NCBI GenBank assembly: GCA_965231215.1
Contig: OZ246423.1
Coordinates: 320,001 to 384,000, forward strand
Direction: 5' to 3'
From: Candidatus Altimarinota bacterium
GTDB lineage: Bacteria; Patescibacteriota; Gracilibacteria; UBA4473
DNA: 64,000 bases
The notes under the pieces are model-generated. The model was not told the DNA's origin. It did not search any database and saw only the letters and a program-made list of their open reading frames with translations. A program made the position numbers and the translations under genes. Below, in pieces: positions 37,200-47,568 of this stretch. Numbering within the stretch: position 1 is the stretch's first letter; every line of letters begins with the position of its first letter.

Positions 37200-38190
37200 T
37201 ATTTTTAGCTTGATCTTTAATGGCTTCTAACGCTCTGGCAAAACCAATCCCAGTCAAAGAAGAACCATTAACTCTGGTTGGCAAATCTATTTCATCTAGA
37301 TCCAGCCCAACAATATCATTCTCCGCTCCGGTTTTGAATAATCGGATATAATTTCTACTCGTATTATCAGCCTGAATAGCACTAATGCTCATAGATTGGA
37401 CATTATCTCCAGCCAGCACTAATGTAACCGCCATTTTGTTTTTCCCCCCTGGACTCATATACTCACTCTCAACCGTAAAAGAACCATCACTGTAGGTTCT
37501 TCGCAGTGCTTCGGGCACCTCTTCTTTCACCTCTGGAAGTTCATTGGGCATATGTCCAGTGAGCGTAAAGAAAGCCGTTGAAGCTCTATCACGGACGCCT
37601 TTATTGAGACGATAAATAAATTCTGCCATTTCACCACGCGTCACATTGTGATCTAATCTTTCAATAGTAGCGGGGATGGCACTTCTCTGAGACAAAGCCA
37701 AAAGAAAAGGTTCATACCAAATATCACTGGTATTGTTTGTAGGTAATTGAAACGATTTCACAATCACTTTAGCCGCTTCAGTGATACGAATATTCCAGGT
37801 TGGTTGGAACGTTCCATCTTCATAGCCTTTTACAATACCTGCCTTTTGAGCCATACAAACATAAGGCGCATACCAAGCACTTTTAGCTACATCTGAAAAA
37901 TTCATTTGTGATTTCTCACACCCTTGAATATCGGCATCTCCAAAATGAGATTCCACTAAAATTTTAGTAAATTCGGCTCTATTTATAGGCCATTGTGGTT
38001 GGAAATTCCCATCTGGATACCCTTTCACAATGCCTTCATTTTTTACATATTCAATGGCCATTTTATAGACATGGTTTTCTGGCACATCTTTAAAAGCCAT
38101 ATCAGGCGTTTGAGCCGTCGGCTCCATTCCCTGAGCTACAGAACCAAGGAAAAATACCGGAAGAAAAAGTAAGCGAAGGACTTTAAGCAT
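37192..38190 (-). CDS. S-layer homology (SLH) protein with C-terminal FMN-bind-like domain
   Basis: FKDV..GIVKGYPDGNFQP..INRAEF, second SLH repeat, VTRGEMA; YMSPGG..VNGSSLT. Confidence 0.8.
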   Translation of the reverse strand: MLKVLRLLFLPVFFLGSVAQGMEPTAQTPDMAFKDVPENHVYKMAIEYVKNEGIVKGYPDGNFQPQWPINRAEFTKILVESHFGDADIQGCEKSQMNFSDVAKSAWYAPYVCMAQKAGIVKGYEDGTFQPTWNIRITEAAKVIVKSFQLPTNNTSDIWYEPFLLALSQRSAIPATIERLDHNVTRGEMAEFIYRLNKGVRDRASTAFFTLTGHMPNELPEVKEEVPEALRRTYSDGSFTVESEYMSPGGKNKMAVTLVLAGDNVQSMSISAIQADNTSRNYIRLFKTGAENDIVGLDLDEIDLPTRVNGSSLTGIGFARALEAIKDQAKNNG

Positions 38191-38313
38191 CAAAAAAAGA
38201 TTAAAAATGTTGAATTTTGGAGCATAAAATGAGTTTTTTCATAAGACACAGTTTTTCTATACGCCCTCGAAAGGTTTTATTTGGGGACGACAAAACGTTC
38301 ATCTTTAGATTTT

Positions 38314-39096
38314 TTAGTGGGTAAGCATTACCTCTGCTGCAAATAGTAACACCTGCAACAGAATCAGGATAATTAAAAGTATAGACAAAAATCGGAACCA
38401 GAAAATCCAACGGTTTTGAAGGAGCCCAAAGATAAATTCCGTATCTTGATTAAGGAATCCAATTTTTTTGACCAGCGCTTCATAACGAGTCTCCAGTTCA
38501 TATTCTTCAATCATATCATTGTAAAAAGCAGTGGAAGTTTTATCTAAGCCTTCAATCTTAGAGGCTTGCAACATTCTTACTTGATGAAGGGCTTGGTGTC
38601 GTACTTCCATAGCTATAGCCGCATCTTTAAGGAGTTTTCTATGCCCATTTCCATAATCACCATGCTTTCGAAGTTTCGAGATAACACTCCCTAAATGCGT
38701 GGTAAATACTTCCAGCATTTCCTCAAAATGACTTAAAGCCGCAGAACATCCAAGCACAACAGACACTAAAGCAATTTTTTTGGGATCTGCATCTTTGAGC
38801 ACAATCCCATCAGTAGCCACAGCATTTACTTTAGCTCCAACACCAACCGCTGTTATTTCCTGATAAGGTTCATCAAAAATGCCTTCAAAATAATTAGCAA
38901 CTTCACCCATCAGCACTTGTTCTTGAGCCGATTCTAAATCCCAAAGCACCAGAACTCCAAAACTCAAAAAGACCAAAAATTTTGTCTCAGAAAGCCGAAT
39001 CACTAACGGTGACTCCAGAACCACCTTTCCTTCAAAGGCTTCTGCAATATTTTTTTGTTTTAATTTTTGCGCAACGACTTTGGCCTTCACCTGCAT
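38314..39096 (-). CDS. RMD1/DUF155 family protein
   Basis: FGVLVLW, SAALSHFE, EYELETR..KI, C-terminal TM helix. Confidence 0.75.
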   Translation of the reverse strand: MQVKAKVVAQKLKQKNIAEAFEGKVVLESPLVIRLSETKFLVFLSFGVLVLWDLESAQEQVLMGEVANYFEGIFDEPYQEITAVGVGAKVNAVATDGIVLKDADPKKIALVSVVLGCSAALSHFEEMLEVFTTHLGSVISKLRKHGDYGNGHRKLLKDAAIAMEVRHQALHQVRMLQASKIEGLDKTSTAFYNDMIEEYELETRYEALVKKIGFLNQDTEFIFGLLQNRWIFWFRFLSILLIILILLQVLLFAAEVMLTH

Positions 39097-39342
39097 CACA
39101 CCAAATTTTAACAGACTCGCCCTAAGACTCAAACCAAATCGGTACTTCTATAAAACCTGGGATTGGTTCTTTTGCTTCAGACACACTCCCTAAGCAAGGC
39201 ATAGGCAAAAATTTTAACGAAGCGTAGGCGTCCCTATCATGAGTGAATTTTTATACCATTAGCAAAGTTTAGATTCATTTTATAAAATCTACACCCCCTT
39301 GTGCGAGGTGATAAAAATTGTGCGACAACCTTTGTTTATTTT

Positions 39343-39768
39343 TTAGGGAAGCCGATTGAACGCGCCTTCCATTTTAGCAAGCAACACGGCTAAAGCTGAA
39401 GCGTCTTTATCCGCTTTTTTATAAGTCTCAATAAGATTTTTAAGACTATCAATTTTGGCTTTAAGGGTAGCTTTTTTACTCGCCAAAATTTCATCTGCCA
39501 CCGTTTTATTTACCTGGTTCACTTTTTGTTCTACTCCTTTGAGTTTTTCTATATCACTCTCGGTTTTGTGTTGCATCAAGTAATCTTGGTTCTTGGCCAG
39601 AGCTTCCATAGCCCATTTCTTTTTTTCTGGATCAATATCAGCAATCTCAATTCGAGCTGAGAATGTTTGCAGTCTCTCAAATTTATTAGTGACCAAATCC
39701 TCATGCTGAGCATGAGCGATACTCATACTTCCGAATCCCAAAACCAAAGCCAATACTAATTTTTTCAT
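39343..39768 (-). CDS. Secreted helical hypothetical protein
   Basis: Signal peptide (AHA), coiled-coil pattern, ATGA-coupled. Confidence 0.65.
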   Translation of the reverse strand: MKKLVLALVLGFGSMSIAHAQHEDLVTNKFERLQTFSARIEIADIDPEKKKWAMEALAKNQDYLMQHKTESDIEKLKGVEQKVNQVNKTVADEILASKKATLKAKIDSLKNLIETYKKADKDASALAVLLAKMEGAFNRLP

Positions 39769-40886
39769 GATTGAGCGTATACATTAGGAAATCCCATTCC
39801 CAGTAAACCTTTTTTTAATCGTTTAAACAAAGCTCCCGCTTCTTCAAGCCCAAAAAGTGTTTCTTGGTAAAACGGAATGAAGTCTTGTTGGAGTTCATAA
39901 AACTCAGCCATCTCAGCTTCAAAATCTGTATCAAGTTGCTGAGCCAAGATATTTGGATCGGCTAAATCCTGCACCGGATCATTCACCAATTCATCAACCG
40001 AAGTCACTCTTTTACGAGCTATAAAAGAAGTATCAGCCGCTCCTTCATCCAAAGCCGGAATAACTCGCTGAATTTCTCCGTCTGAAGCGGGAAGGGTTTC
40101 CTCAAGTGCAGGAATAACTCTTTCATCTGCCACTATAGCTTCAGGCGGTGCAATAGATTGAACTGGGAGTTCAGCAAAAGTTGCCGTCGGATCAGCATCA
40201 GAAATTTCCTCTACAGGGACATCTCCTAGATTCGCTCCCACATTTTCAATTTCGGGAAAATTAGCGGCAAATTCAGCCTCGAGTGCGGCTACCTCATCCA
40301 GAGTTTCTGGAACATCAAACACTTCAACTCCTGTGGCACTATCCTCAGAACCGTCAGCTTTTACTTCACTCAATTCAACTAACTCTATAACATCTGGTTC
40401 CAATGACGCCTCTAAAACTTCAACCGCTTGATCTAGTGAGTCCTCTTCAATAGCCAATAAAGGGGAAGTCTCTTCCACTCTTTGTTGCTCTAATTCAGAA
40501 CGGCCACTAACGGCCTGCTTCACATCAGAAATGAGTACTTTTTGCGAATCATTCCAAAAATTAATACCTACTACCGCCACTAAACATAAAGAAAGCGTAG
40601 CCGGAGCCCAGAGTTTCCAGCCGGTAAACCACGTCCCCCATCCTCCAGCAGGGGGTTCATCAACCGTCGTTTGAGTCCCTCCTATAGTCGCCCCATCTAG
40701 GGCCGCTTTAAGTCCGGCTGGATGGGGAGTAACTACCAAGCTTTGCGCTTGCATAAAGGCGTACGTATCGGCCATAGCCATTACTTCCTCGGCCAACTCT
40801 GGATTCTCAGCCGCTAAACTTTCAGCTGAAACTCCAGCTTCTAGCTGGTCAATGATATACTGAACTTGTTCGTCGTTTAAAGTCAT
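39765..40886 (-). CDS. Putative anti-sigma factor (single TM, acidic extracellular part)
   Basis: ATGA-coupled to the ECF sigma; N-terminal helical domain, one TM helix. Confidence 0.65.
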   Translation of the reverse strand: MTLNDEQVQYIIDQLEAGVSAESLAAENPELAEEVMAMADTYAFMQAQSLVVTPHPAGLKAALDGATIGGTQTTVDEPPAGGWGTWFTGWKLWAPATLSLCLVAVVGINFWNDSQKVLISDVKQAVSGRSELEQQRVEETSPLLAIEEDSLDQAVEVLEASLEPDVIELVELSEVKADGSEDSATGVEVFDVPETLDEVAALEAEFAANFPEIENVGANLGDVPVEEISDADPTATFAELPVQSIAPPEAIVADERVIPALEETLPASDGEIQRVIPALDEGAADTSFIARKRVTSVDELVNDPVQDLADPNILAQQLDTDFEAEMAEFYELQQDFIPFYQETLFGLEEAGALFKRLKKGLLGMGFPNVYAQS

Positions 40887-41443
40887 GTGAGGATAAATTC
40901 TCTTACTTTACGAAGGGCCCGTACTTGGATTTGTCTGATATTAGCTTCAGTCTTGCCGGTACGGTCGGCAATTTCTTTATTAGAAAGTTCGTGGAAAAAT
41001 TTTAATTCAAGAATTTCTTGGTATTCGGGCTTGAGTTGACCGATGACTTCTTTGAGTTGCGCTGTTTTTTGCTTCGCCTCCACTTGCTGATCTGGCGTCA
41101 GCTCCTCGCTCGGTTGAGCCTCAAAAAAATCTTGATTATCATCCGAATCTGAAACAATATTTACTTCTTTAGGTTTTCGGTAGTGGTCTGTGAGAAGATT
41201 TCTCGCAATGGTAAAAAAGTAGGCCAGAGGGGCACGAGTATCATCCGAAAAATTTTTACTAGCAGCAAAAGCTTTCATAAACACCGTTTGGGTTAGATCT
41301 TCAGCCAATTGTCTATCTGAAACCTTAGCATAAACAAACCGAAAGATAGGCGTATAAAAATTTTCGTATAAAAGAGCAAAAGCTTCCTTCTCTCCGGCTT
41401 TTGCACGTTGCATTAAATCAATCGCTGCTTCGGTTGTGAGCAT
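40883..41443 (-). CDS. ECF RNA polymerase sigma factor
   Basis: AFALLY, AEDLTQTVF, FTIARN, LSNKEIA..RALRK. Confidence 0.92.
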   Translation of the reverse strand: MLTTEAAIDLMQRAKAGEKEAFALLYENFYTPIFRFVYAKVSDRQLAEDLTQTVFMKAFAASKNFSDDTRAPLAYFFTIARNLLTDHYRKPKEVNIVSDSDDNQDFFEAQPSEELTPDQQVEAKQKTAQLKEVIGQLKPEYQEILELKFFHELSNKEIADRTGKTEANIRQIQVRALRKVREFILT

Positions 41444-41797
41444 TTAGTTTTGTTTTCGCGTCACACCATACACAAAGCCGAACAAAATGCCAAACGCACA
41501 TCTTCAAATTTTGTGACGCCTAAAAGGAATGAAAATTCAAGAATGGAAAATTAGAAATTATTCAAAATATATTTTTAAAACTCCCCCATTAAGAAAAATT
41601 GATGAACCATTCGTTAAAAAAGCCAGGGAGTCAAACCCAAAAATTTTTAGGGAGTTTGGCTTTATTTAGAATGTAAACCATTGTTTTTCTCAAACTTTAT
41701 ATCACGGGGTGGCTTTTTGGGTCCGTTTTTTGTTCACACAAAAAATGGACAAATAAAGGACAAATAAACACGTTTTAATTAAGATAGAGATAAGCAC

Positions 41798-42916
41798 ATG
41801 CAAAATCTAGAATCGATAGAAGCCATTGTTACCAAACTTCAAAGCGAAGGCAAAAGCACTCAAGAAATCATCCAAATGGTCCGAGGCATAGGCCTACCAG
41901 AACCTCTTATAAAAAAGATTTTAAGGAAATTTAAAACGCCTTCCCAAAAAACCGAAGAAGAATTTTGGGATCCGGCAGGGTTAAAAACGCTGCAAGACTC
42001 CCATAATGATCATCGAGAAAAGCTAGAAAAAAAGCTCCAAACTTTTTTAGAAAATCCACGTATTCCACTTAGAAATCTTATGCTTTGTGCCCTGCCAGGA
42101 GTTTTAACACTTGGCCTATTTATCTTATTCCCTCAGACTTTAACCTTACTCCTTACTGGAGACGCCGGACAAGCCCCATTTCAACTAGTTCTTATAGCTT
42201 TTGCCCCCGTTTTTATTTATGGGGCTTATATCAAAACCCTCGAGCGAGACCTGGTTAAAATACTCTTAGCCAAAGAAAAAAACTGGCAGTACAACCCCCA
42301 TCAATCTTCAGTCCACTGGAAAAGGTTTAAATCAATCTTCCCTAAAATTTTTAACAAAGGCAATACAGGACAAAATCTACAAGATGAATTTTGGGGAACA
42401 TTCAAAGGTACGCCCTTCTATCACGGAATCTTTGAATATAAAATAAAAACGCATAGTAAAAAAAATTCACATACCAGAACCTATTATGAAAGCATCTTCG
42501 CTATAAAATTAGAAAAACGTCTTACCCATGATTTTCGAATTGTCCCCTATCATTTTACCAGAAAGCTCCTAAATTTTTTTCGACACAAAGAGATTAATAC
42601 AGAATCCTTTGAATTTAATAAATATTATGACGTGCTCTATGACGGCGAAAAAAGTGTTAAAGCTCTACAAATCATCAAAACCCTCTCCCCGGCCGTAATC
42701 GATAAACTCATCAATCTTCGCAAAAAAAGAGGCCATACCTGGGTTGCCTTTAAAGACGAAATAGTGCTCTTCAAATTTAACGGAAGGTTATTCAAAGAAA
42801 TGCATACCAACTTTTTTAAGTCCATTGAAGTTGATCCTCGAGATACAAAAAAATTAGAACAAGAAATGGAAGATATCCTACATATTGCCAAAGAAATTTC
42901 TAAATATTTGGGTTAA
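41798..42916 (+). CDS. Membrane protein, DUF3137-like
   Basis: Two TM helices, ESFEFNKYYDV..TLSP; next to lemA. Confidence 0.55.
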   Translation: MQNLESIEAIVTKLQSEGKSTQEIIQMVRGIGLPEPLIKKILRKFKTPSQKTEEEFWDPAGLKTLQDSHNDHREKLEKKLQTFLENPRIPLRNLMLCALPGVLTLGLFILFPQTLTLLLTGDAGQAPFQLVLIAFAPVFIYGAYIKTLERDLVKILLAKEKNWQYNPHQSSVHWKRFKSIFPKIFNKGNTGQNLQDEFWGTFKGTPFYHGIFEYKIKTHSKKNSHTRTYYESIFAIKLEKRLTHDFRIVPYHFTRKLLNFFRHKEINTESFEFNKYYDVLYDGEKSVKALQIIKTLSPAVIDKLINLRKKRGHTWVAFKDEIVLFKFNGRLFKEMHTNFFKSIEVDPRDTKKLEQEMEDILHIAKEISKYLG

Positions 42917-43063
42917 TGAATCTGGCGATCATGACGAGGCAAAAATAAATTCCTGTTTAGTACGAAGCCATCTATTTGGTAGTAAATTAACTCACAATGA
43001 CACAATTCTTTTGTCATTTGGAGATTTAAAACTTAAAATTTAAACTGATATATTAAAAAATAG

Positions 43064-43633
43064 ATGGATCTACTCATTTTCATTCTCGTGCCTCTGGCAG
43101 TTATAGGGGTTGTTTACGCCCTTATTTTTAATGGACTAGTACACGCTAGGCAAAAAGTAAAAGAAGCCTGGTCAGGCATAGATGTGCAACTTAAACGACG
43201 GTACAATCTTATTCCAAACCTGGTAAAAACCGTTCAGGGGTACGCCTCACATGAACGTCAAACACTCGAAAGTGTAACTCAGGCAAGGACCGCCGCTATG
43301 GAAGTCCCAGACGGCAATGTTGCTGCACAGGCAAAGGCTGAAAACTTTCTAGCTCAAACACTACGCTCTATTTTTGCTCTGGCTGAAAACTATCCAGACC
43401 TAAAAGCCTCTCAAAACTTTTTACAACTCCAAAACGAACTCTCAGAAACCGAAGATCAAATTGCAGCCGCCCGAAGAATTTACAATGGGAATGTCACTAC
43501 CCTCAATACTAAGGTTCAGAGTTTTCCTTCTAACCTAGTGGCTGGAATCCACCATTTTATGGTAGCTGAGTTTTTTGAACTGGATGAAGATGAAAAAGAA
43601 AAAGTCAAAGAAACTCCAAAAGTAGAATTTTAA
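43064..43633 (+). CDS. lemA: LemA family protein
   Basis: AWSGIDVQLKRRYNLIPNLV, ENYPDLKA, ARRIYN. Confidence 0.93.
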   Translation: MDLLIFILVPLAVIGVVYALIFNGLVHARQKVKEAWSGIDVQLKRRYNLIPNLVKTVQGYASHERQTLESVTQARTAAMEVPDGNVAAQAKAENFLAQTLRSIFALAENYPDLKASQNFLQLQNELSETEDQIAAARRIYNGNVTTLNTKVQSFPSNLVAGIHHFMVAEFFELDEDEKEKVKETPKVEF

Positions 43634-43702
43634 AAACGGAAAAACTTTGCCTAAAACCGACTTTGTGTAGAATTAAGGGGCGAAATAACCAGCATTCACT
43701 AA

Positions 43703-45775
43703 ATGGCTTTTTCTGTTCATACATTTGAAACCAATCCCGAAGGAAACCTAGGATTTGCCTTTCACCAAAGTGTTGGTGAAGGACAAGAGGTCTATTTTTT
43801 AGGTAAATTCACCCCAGGAACTCAAAATCCTCAAGACTTAGCCGAAACCATTTTTGGCACAGTCGTTAACCACCTAGAAAAGTCTAAAATCGCTGACAGC
43901 TACGACCGCTTTGAAGACGCCCTAAAGACCGCGAATCTAGAAGCCAAAAAATTAGCAAATCAATACAGTGAAATCCCAGAAATGGTAATAGCTTACTTTG
44001 ATTTTCATCAGCTTTACCTTTCTCAATCAGGCTCCTCTGAAGCCTATTTAGTAAGAGACGGAGGAGTAAGCCAAATCACAGAAATTCCAGAACAAAGTGA
44101 AGATCTATTCCTCAATATTCTTAGCGGAAACGTAGCCGTTGATGATGTAGTGCTTTTGAGTTCTAATCGAATTCTCAGAACCCTAACTGCTAATGAACTC
44201 ACCGATATCTTTGGACGATCAAACTTTCGTGAAGCGACTAATATGTTCCGACACGAACTTTCTCAAAAATCAGAAGAAGATTTACTCATAACCGTTATTG
44301 GAATTGGCAAAAAAGAATCTACCCCAGCGGCTGGATTTTTAAATCGTGTTATGGGAAGCAGTGAAAGTGAAGCACCCACGGCAAGTAATACCCCAAACAC
44401 CGTAGAAAAAGATAGACCTAGCACTACCAAAACCAAAAGCACAAAAGGAAGTGAGTCTATCCCTAAAAACGAAAGTAATAGTGCTGATAACCCTGAAGAC
44501 TCTGATGTGGCAGAAGCCATTGCCCCACTTCAGGAAGACTTTGCTGAAGAGGCCGAAACTTCGGACTCTGAACCTATCAGCCCTGGATCACGCAGAATTC
44601 TTTCACAAGAAAATATGAACGGCAGTAAAAATAGTTTTGTCATAGTCATCATGAATGTTTTGAGAAACGTTAAAGGATTTAGACCACAAAAGAATCTGGT
44701 AATCTTAGCCGGAGTGGTTCTACTACTCTTTCTGATTGGTATTGGACTTAAATCTATCAACTGGGAATCGGAAGAAGAAGTTCGACTCAGAGAGGAACTG
44801 ACTATTGCCAGAGAGGCCTTACAACAAGCCGATACTTTCCTAATCCAGGGCGAACGGGAATCGGCTAAAGAGTATTTGGCCAAAGCCGATAGCAGCATCC
44901 AAGAAGTATTTAAATCTAAATCAAAACTCTTTCGATCTGATGCTCAGTTTTTATTAGCCGATATCAAATCTAAGCAGCTTCAAGTAGAAAACGCTCGTCA
45001 AGTAACCCCAAATTTAGTGGCTGATCTTGGCGTTAAAAAAGACAATCTTGAAGGGCTCGGTCTCCTAGATCTCAGTGGAAGTTCCTTTGTATTTGACAAC
45101 AAAGATGTACTTAAAGCTGTCAGAAACATCGTCGAAAGTCCAACGGTTATCAGTGAAGGAGGGGGTTCTATCATTGCTGCTGCTAGTCGCCCGGACCAAA
45201 AAATGTTGGTTTTCCTTACCGATGACCCAAGGCTTATTGAATACCGAGAAGGCATTGTCACCCCAATGCAGACTCAAGATGAAAACTGGAAAAAAGGAAT
45301 CGATATCAAAACCTACGGTCGATATGCCTACGTGCTGGCTCCAACCGATAACCAAATCTGGAAATATGAACGAAGGCGATCCAATTATTCTAACAGTGTT
45401 GCCTACAATCAAGGAGCCGACCTGAGTCAAGCTGTAGCCTTTACAATCGATGGGTCTATCTACACCCTTGGCGCTGATGGCGGCATTCAAAAAATCTTCC
45501 GAGGCGTCTCTCAAGAATATGATTTCCGAGACCTCCCTTCAATCCCCTTCTCCGGACCAAACCTAAAAGTATTTACCACAGCTGAGTTAGACTACATCTA
45601 CATTCTAGACCCAGACAACCAAAGAGTACTAATCTTTGTAAAAGGAGATCGATTTGCCACTTACAAAAGACAAATTCTCTACGGTATTGATGATGTACGA
45701 GACTTTAACGTAGATGAAAATGGCCAAAAAGTAAGTATTTTGGCTAAAGATAAAATCTACGAATTCAGTCTGTAA
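43703..45775 (+). CDS. PP2C-like domain + TM + beta-propeller protein
   Basis: SGSSEAYLVRDG..DDVVLLSS, acidic linker, TM helix, propeller-like C-terminus. Confidence 0.6.
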   Translation: MAFSVHTFETNPEGNLGFAFHQSVGEGQEVYFLGKFTPGTQNPQDLAETIFGTVVNHLEKSKIADSYDRFEDALKTANLEAKKLANQYSEIPEMVIAYFDFHQLYLSQSGSSEAYLVRDGGVSQITEIPEQSEDLFLNILSGNVAVDDVVLLSSNRILRTLTANELTDIFGRSNFREATNMFRHELSQKSEEDLLITVIGIGKKESTPAAGFLNRVMGSSESEAPTASNTPNTVEKDRPSTTKTKSTKGSESIPKNESNSADNPEDSDVAEAIAPLQEDFAEEAETSDSEPISPGSRRILSQENMNGSKNSFVIVIMNVLRNVKGFRPQKNLVILAGVVLLLFLIGIGLKSINWESEEEVRLREELTIAREALQQADTFLIQGERESAKEYLAKADSSIQEVFKSKSKLFRSDAQFLLADIKSKQLQVENARQVTPNLVADLGVKKDNLEGLGLLDLSGSSFVFDNKDVLKAVRNIVESPTVISEGGGSIIAAASRPDQKMLVFLTDDPRLIEYREGIVTPMQTQDENWKKGIDIKTYGRYAYVLAPTDNQIWKYERRRSNYSNSVAYNQGADLSQAVAFTIDGSIYTLGADGGIQKIFRGVSQEYDFRDLPSIPFSGPNLKVFTTAELDYIYILDPDNQRVLIFVKGDRFATYKRQILYGIDDVRDFNVDENGQKVSILAKDKIYEFSL

Positions 45776-45781
45776 ATAAAA

Positions 45782-46021
45782 ATGAGCACCCACATTAAAG
45801 TGTGCCAAGGCGCTAGCTGTCACAAAAACATGTCGGCTTTTACGCTCGAAAGAGCTGAAAAAGAAGCCTCTAAACGCACAGATATAACCGTTGAGGGTTG
45901 TGGCTGCCAAGGGCATTGCGAAAAAGGTCCGACCGTAATCATCGAAAAAAATGGGGATAAAAAGGTACATCATCATGTTTCAAGTGCCGAAATGGGACAA
46001 CTTATAAAGCAAACAAAATGA
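45782..46021 (+). CDS. Thioredoxin-like [2Fe-2S] ferredoxin
   Basis: VCQGASC..CGCQGHCEKGPTV. Confidence 0.85.
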   Translation: MSTHIKVCQGASCHKNMSAFTLERAEKEASKRTDITVEGCGCQGHCEKGPTVIIEKNGDKKVHHHVSSAEMGQLIKQTK

Positions 46022-46758
46022 TACCAATCGTTCAGGGGAAGCTAACACTGATTTCAAAAGAAACGGTAGCTCGAGCAACCTTAAAAATGCATTTTAAAGT
46101 TGAAGCATGGGAAACTTTAAACAAGTCCAAGCAAGGGACAGGCATTTTCAATTTTGCCCCTGGACAATTTATATCTATTGGTTTCACAAAAAAAGCCTGG
46201 AGAGCCTATTCTATAGCCTCTCTTCCCGGTGATCAATACATTGAATTAGTAGTAAGGCTTGTAGAAGGCGGTGTAGGCTCCAAAGCTTTTGATAAAGCTG
46301 TTGTAGGTGATCCATTTGATTTCAAAGCCCCTTTTGGACATTTCCAACTTTCAGAAAATAAACACCCCTTAGTTTTTTGTGCCACAGGCACTGGGATAGC
46401 CCCTATTAGAGCCATGATCTTAGCCGAAAACAAATCTGAAAACCCAAGAGCTATGGTTTGTCTATATGGAGGGCGAGATATTAACGATATTGCGTATCTA
46501 GATGAAATTATGGCCTGGTCTCCAAAGCTAAAAGTATGCTTAGGGTTTTCCCGTAAAAAGCCTGAAAAAATCCCCCCCAAACTTCAAGAGGCTACAATTG
46601 AAAACCATCGGATTACTGAATTTATTAAGCCCCATATCATTCCTGAAAATAGTGAATTCTATATCTGTGGAAATGGAAACATGGTGATCTCAGTAACAGA
46701 AGCCTTAGAAGCCCAAGGCCTACATAAAGATAAAATTTTTATGGAACGGTTTAATTAA
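46018..46758 (+). CDS. Ferredoxin-NAD(P) reductase-like FAD/NAD oxidoreductase
   Basis: PGQF, RAYSIAS, GTGIAP, YICG, ERF. Confidence 0.88.
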   Translation: MIPIVQGKLTLISKETVARATLKMHFKVEAWETLNKSKQGTGIFNFAPGQFISIGFTKKAWRAYSIASLPGDQYIELVVRLVEGGVGSKAFDKAVVGDPFDFKAPFGHFQLSENKHPLVFCATGTGIAPIRAMILAENKSENPRAMVCLYGGRDINDIAYLDEIMAWSPKLKVCLGFSRKKPEKIPPKLQEATIENHRITEFIKPHIIPENSEFYICGNGNMVISVTEALEAQGLHKDKIFMERFN

Positions 46759-46883
46759 AAAATGACTCTAAGAATACCTGAAAGGTAATCAAAAATACCA
46801 ACCCAATCTCTACGAGAGCTTGAATCCTTCTTTCAAAAAATCCTAAAAACAATTATTTGCTTTTTTTGTAAATATATTTTATA

Positions 46884-47519
46884 ATGTCAAATCAATTACA
46901 AAAACAAATAATGAAAACTCAAAAAAATACCGTTGTCGCACTCAGCTTTATATTCGGAATACTCTTGAGTGTTCAAACAACTTTTGCCCAATCTACAGAA
47001 GAGGATCTTTTGGGGGATATTTCTGATCTTTTTGGAGATACTTCTACGAGTGAAGACTTTGGATCTGAAATTCCAGCTCCAGACGAAAGTACTGGAGACG
47101 ATTTTTTGGGAGGTTTAGAAGACCTTTTTGAAGATATTACCGAAAGTGAGGAAACCAGCGGCGATACAGAAACCCTAGATGACCAAACAGCCACAAGTGA
47201 TGAACAAAACTACGACCTCTCTGGCATTACGCCTGAAAGACTCTATGGAAGCGCTTTTGAATTTCCTCAAAATGAAACTGATGAGTATTCTTTACTCAAA
47301 AGAGTACCTGGAGCTATTAAACATAGAGGTTCTACTCTACTAGTAATAAGTTCTAAGAAAACACTTTCAAAATACCTGCCATGTAAAGTAGCAGAAACGG
47401 CCAAAATAACGAATGCCCTAGCCAGGCTAAAAATGAGCCAAGGGGCACCACTTGCTTGTAGAGAAGATGTAGGAGCTCGACTTTACATGCCCTACCGGAC
47501 TTTCAGAGGATATCGATAA
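46884..47519 (+). CDS. Secreted hypothetical protein with acidic N-terminal region
   Basis: Signal peptide, D/E-rich segment. Confidence 0.6.
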   Translation: MSNQLQKQIMKTQKNTVVALSFIFGILLSVQTTFAQSTEEDLLGDISDLFGDTSTSEDFGSEIPAPDESTGDDFLGGLEDLFEDITESEETSGDTETLDDQTATSDEQNYDLSGITPERLYGSAFEFPQNETDEYSLLKRVPGAIKHRGSTLLVISSKKTLSKYLPCKVAETAKITNALARLKMSQGAPLACREDVGARLYMPYRTFRGYR

Positions 47520-47540
47520 AAACCCAATGATAAATCAGAG

Positions 47541-47568
47541 AAAAACCGTGAGCAATTCACGGTTTTTT
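47541..47568. terminator. Bidirectional intrinsic terminator
   Basis: AAAAACCGTGA-GCAAT-TCACGGTTTTT between convergent genes. Confidence 0.85.

Noticed and set aside
42996-43018. AATGACA-N9-TGTCATT inverted repeat upstream of lemA
   Set aside because: Single short instance in AT-rich DNA; cannot distinguish operator, terminator or chance.
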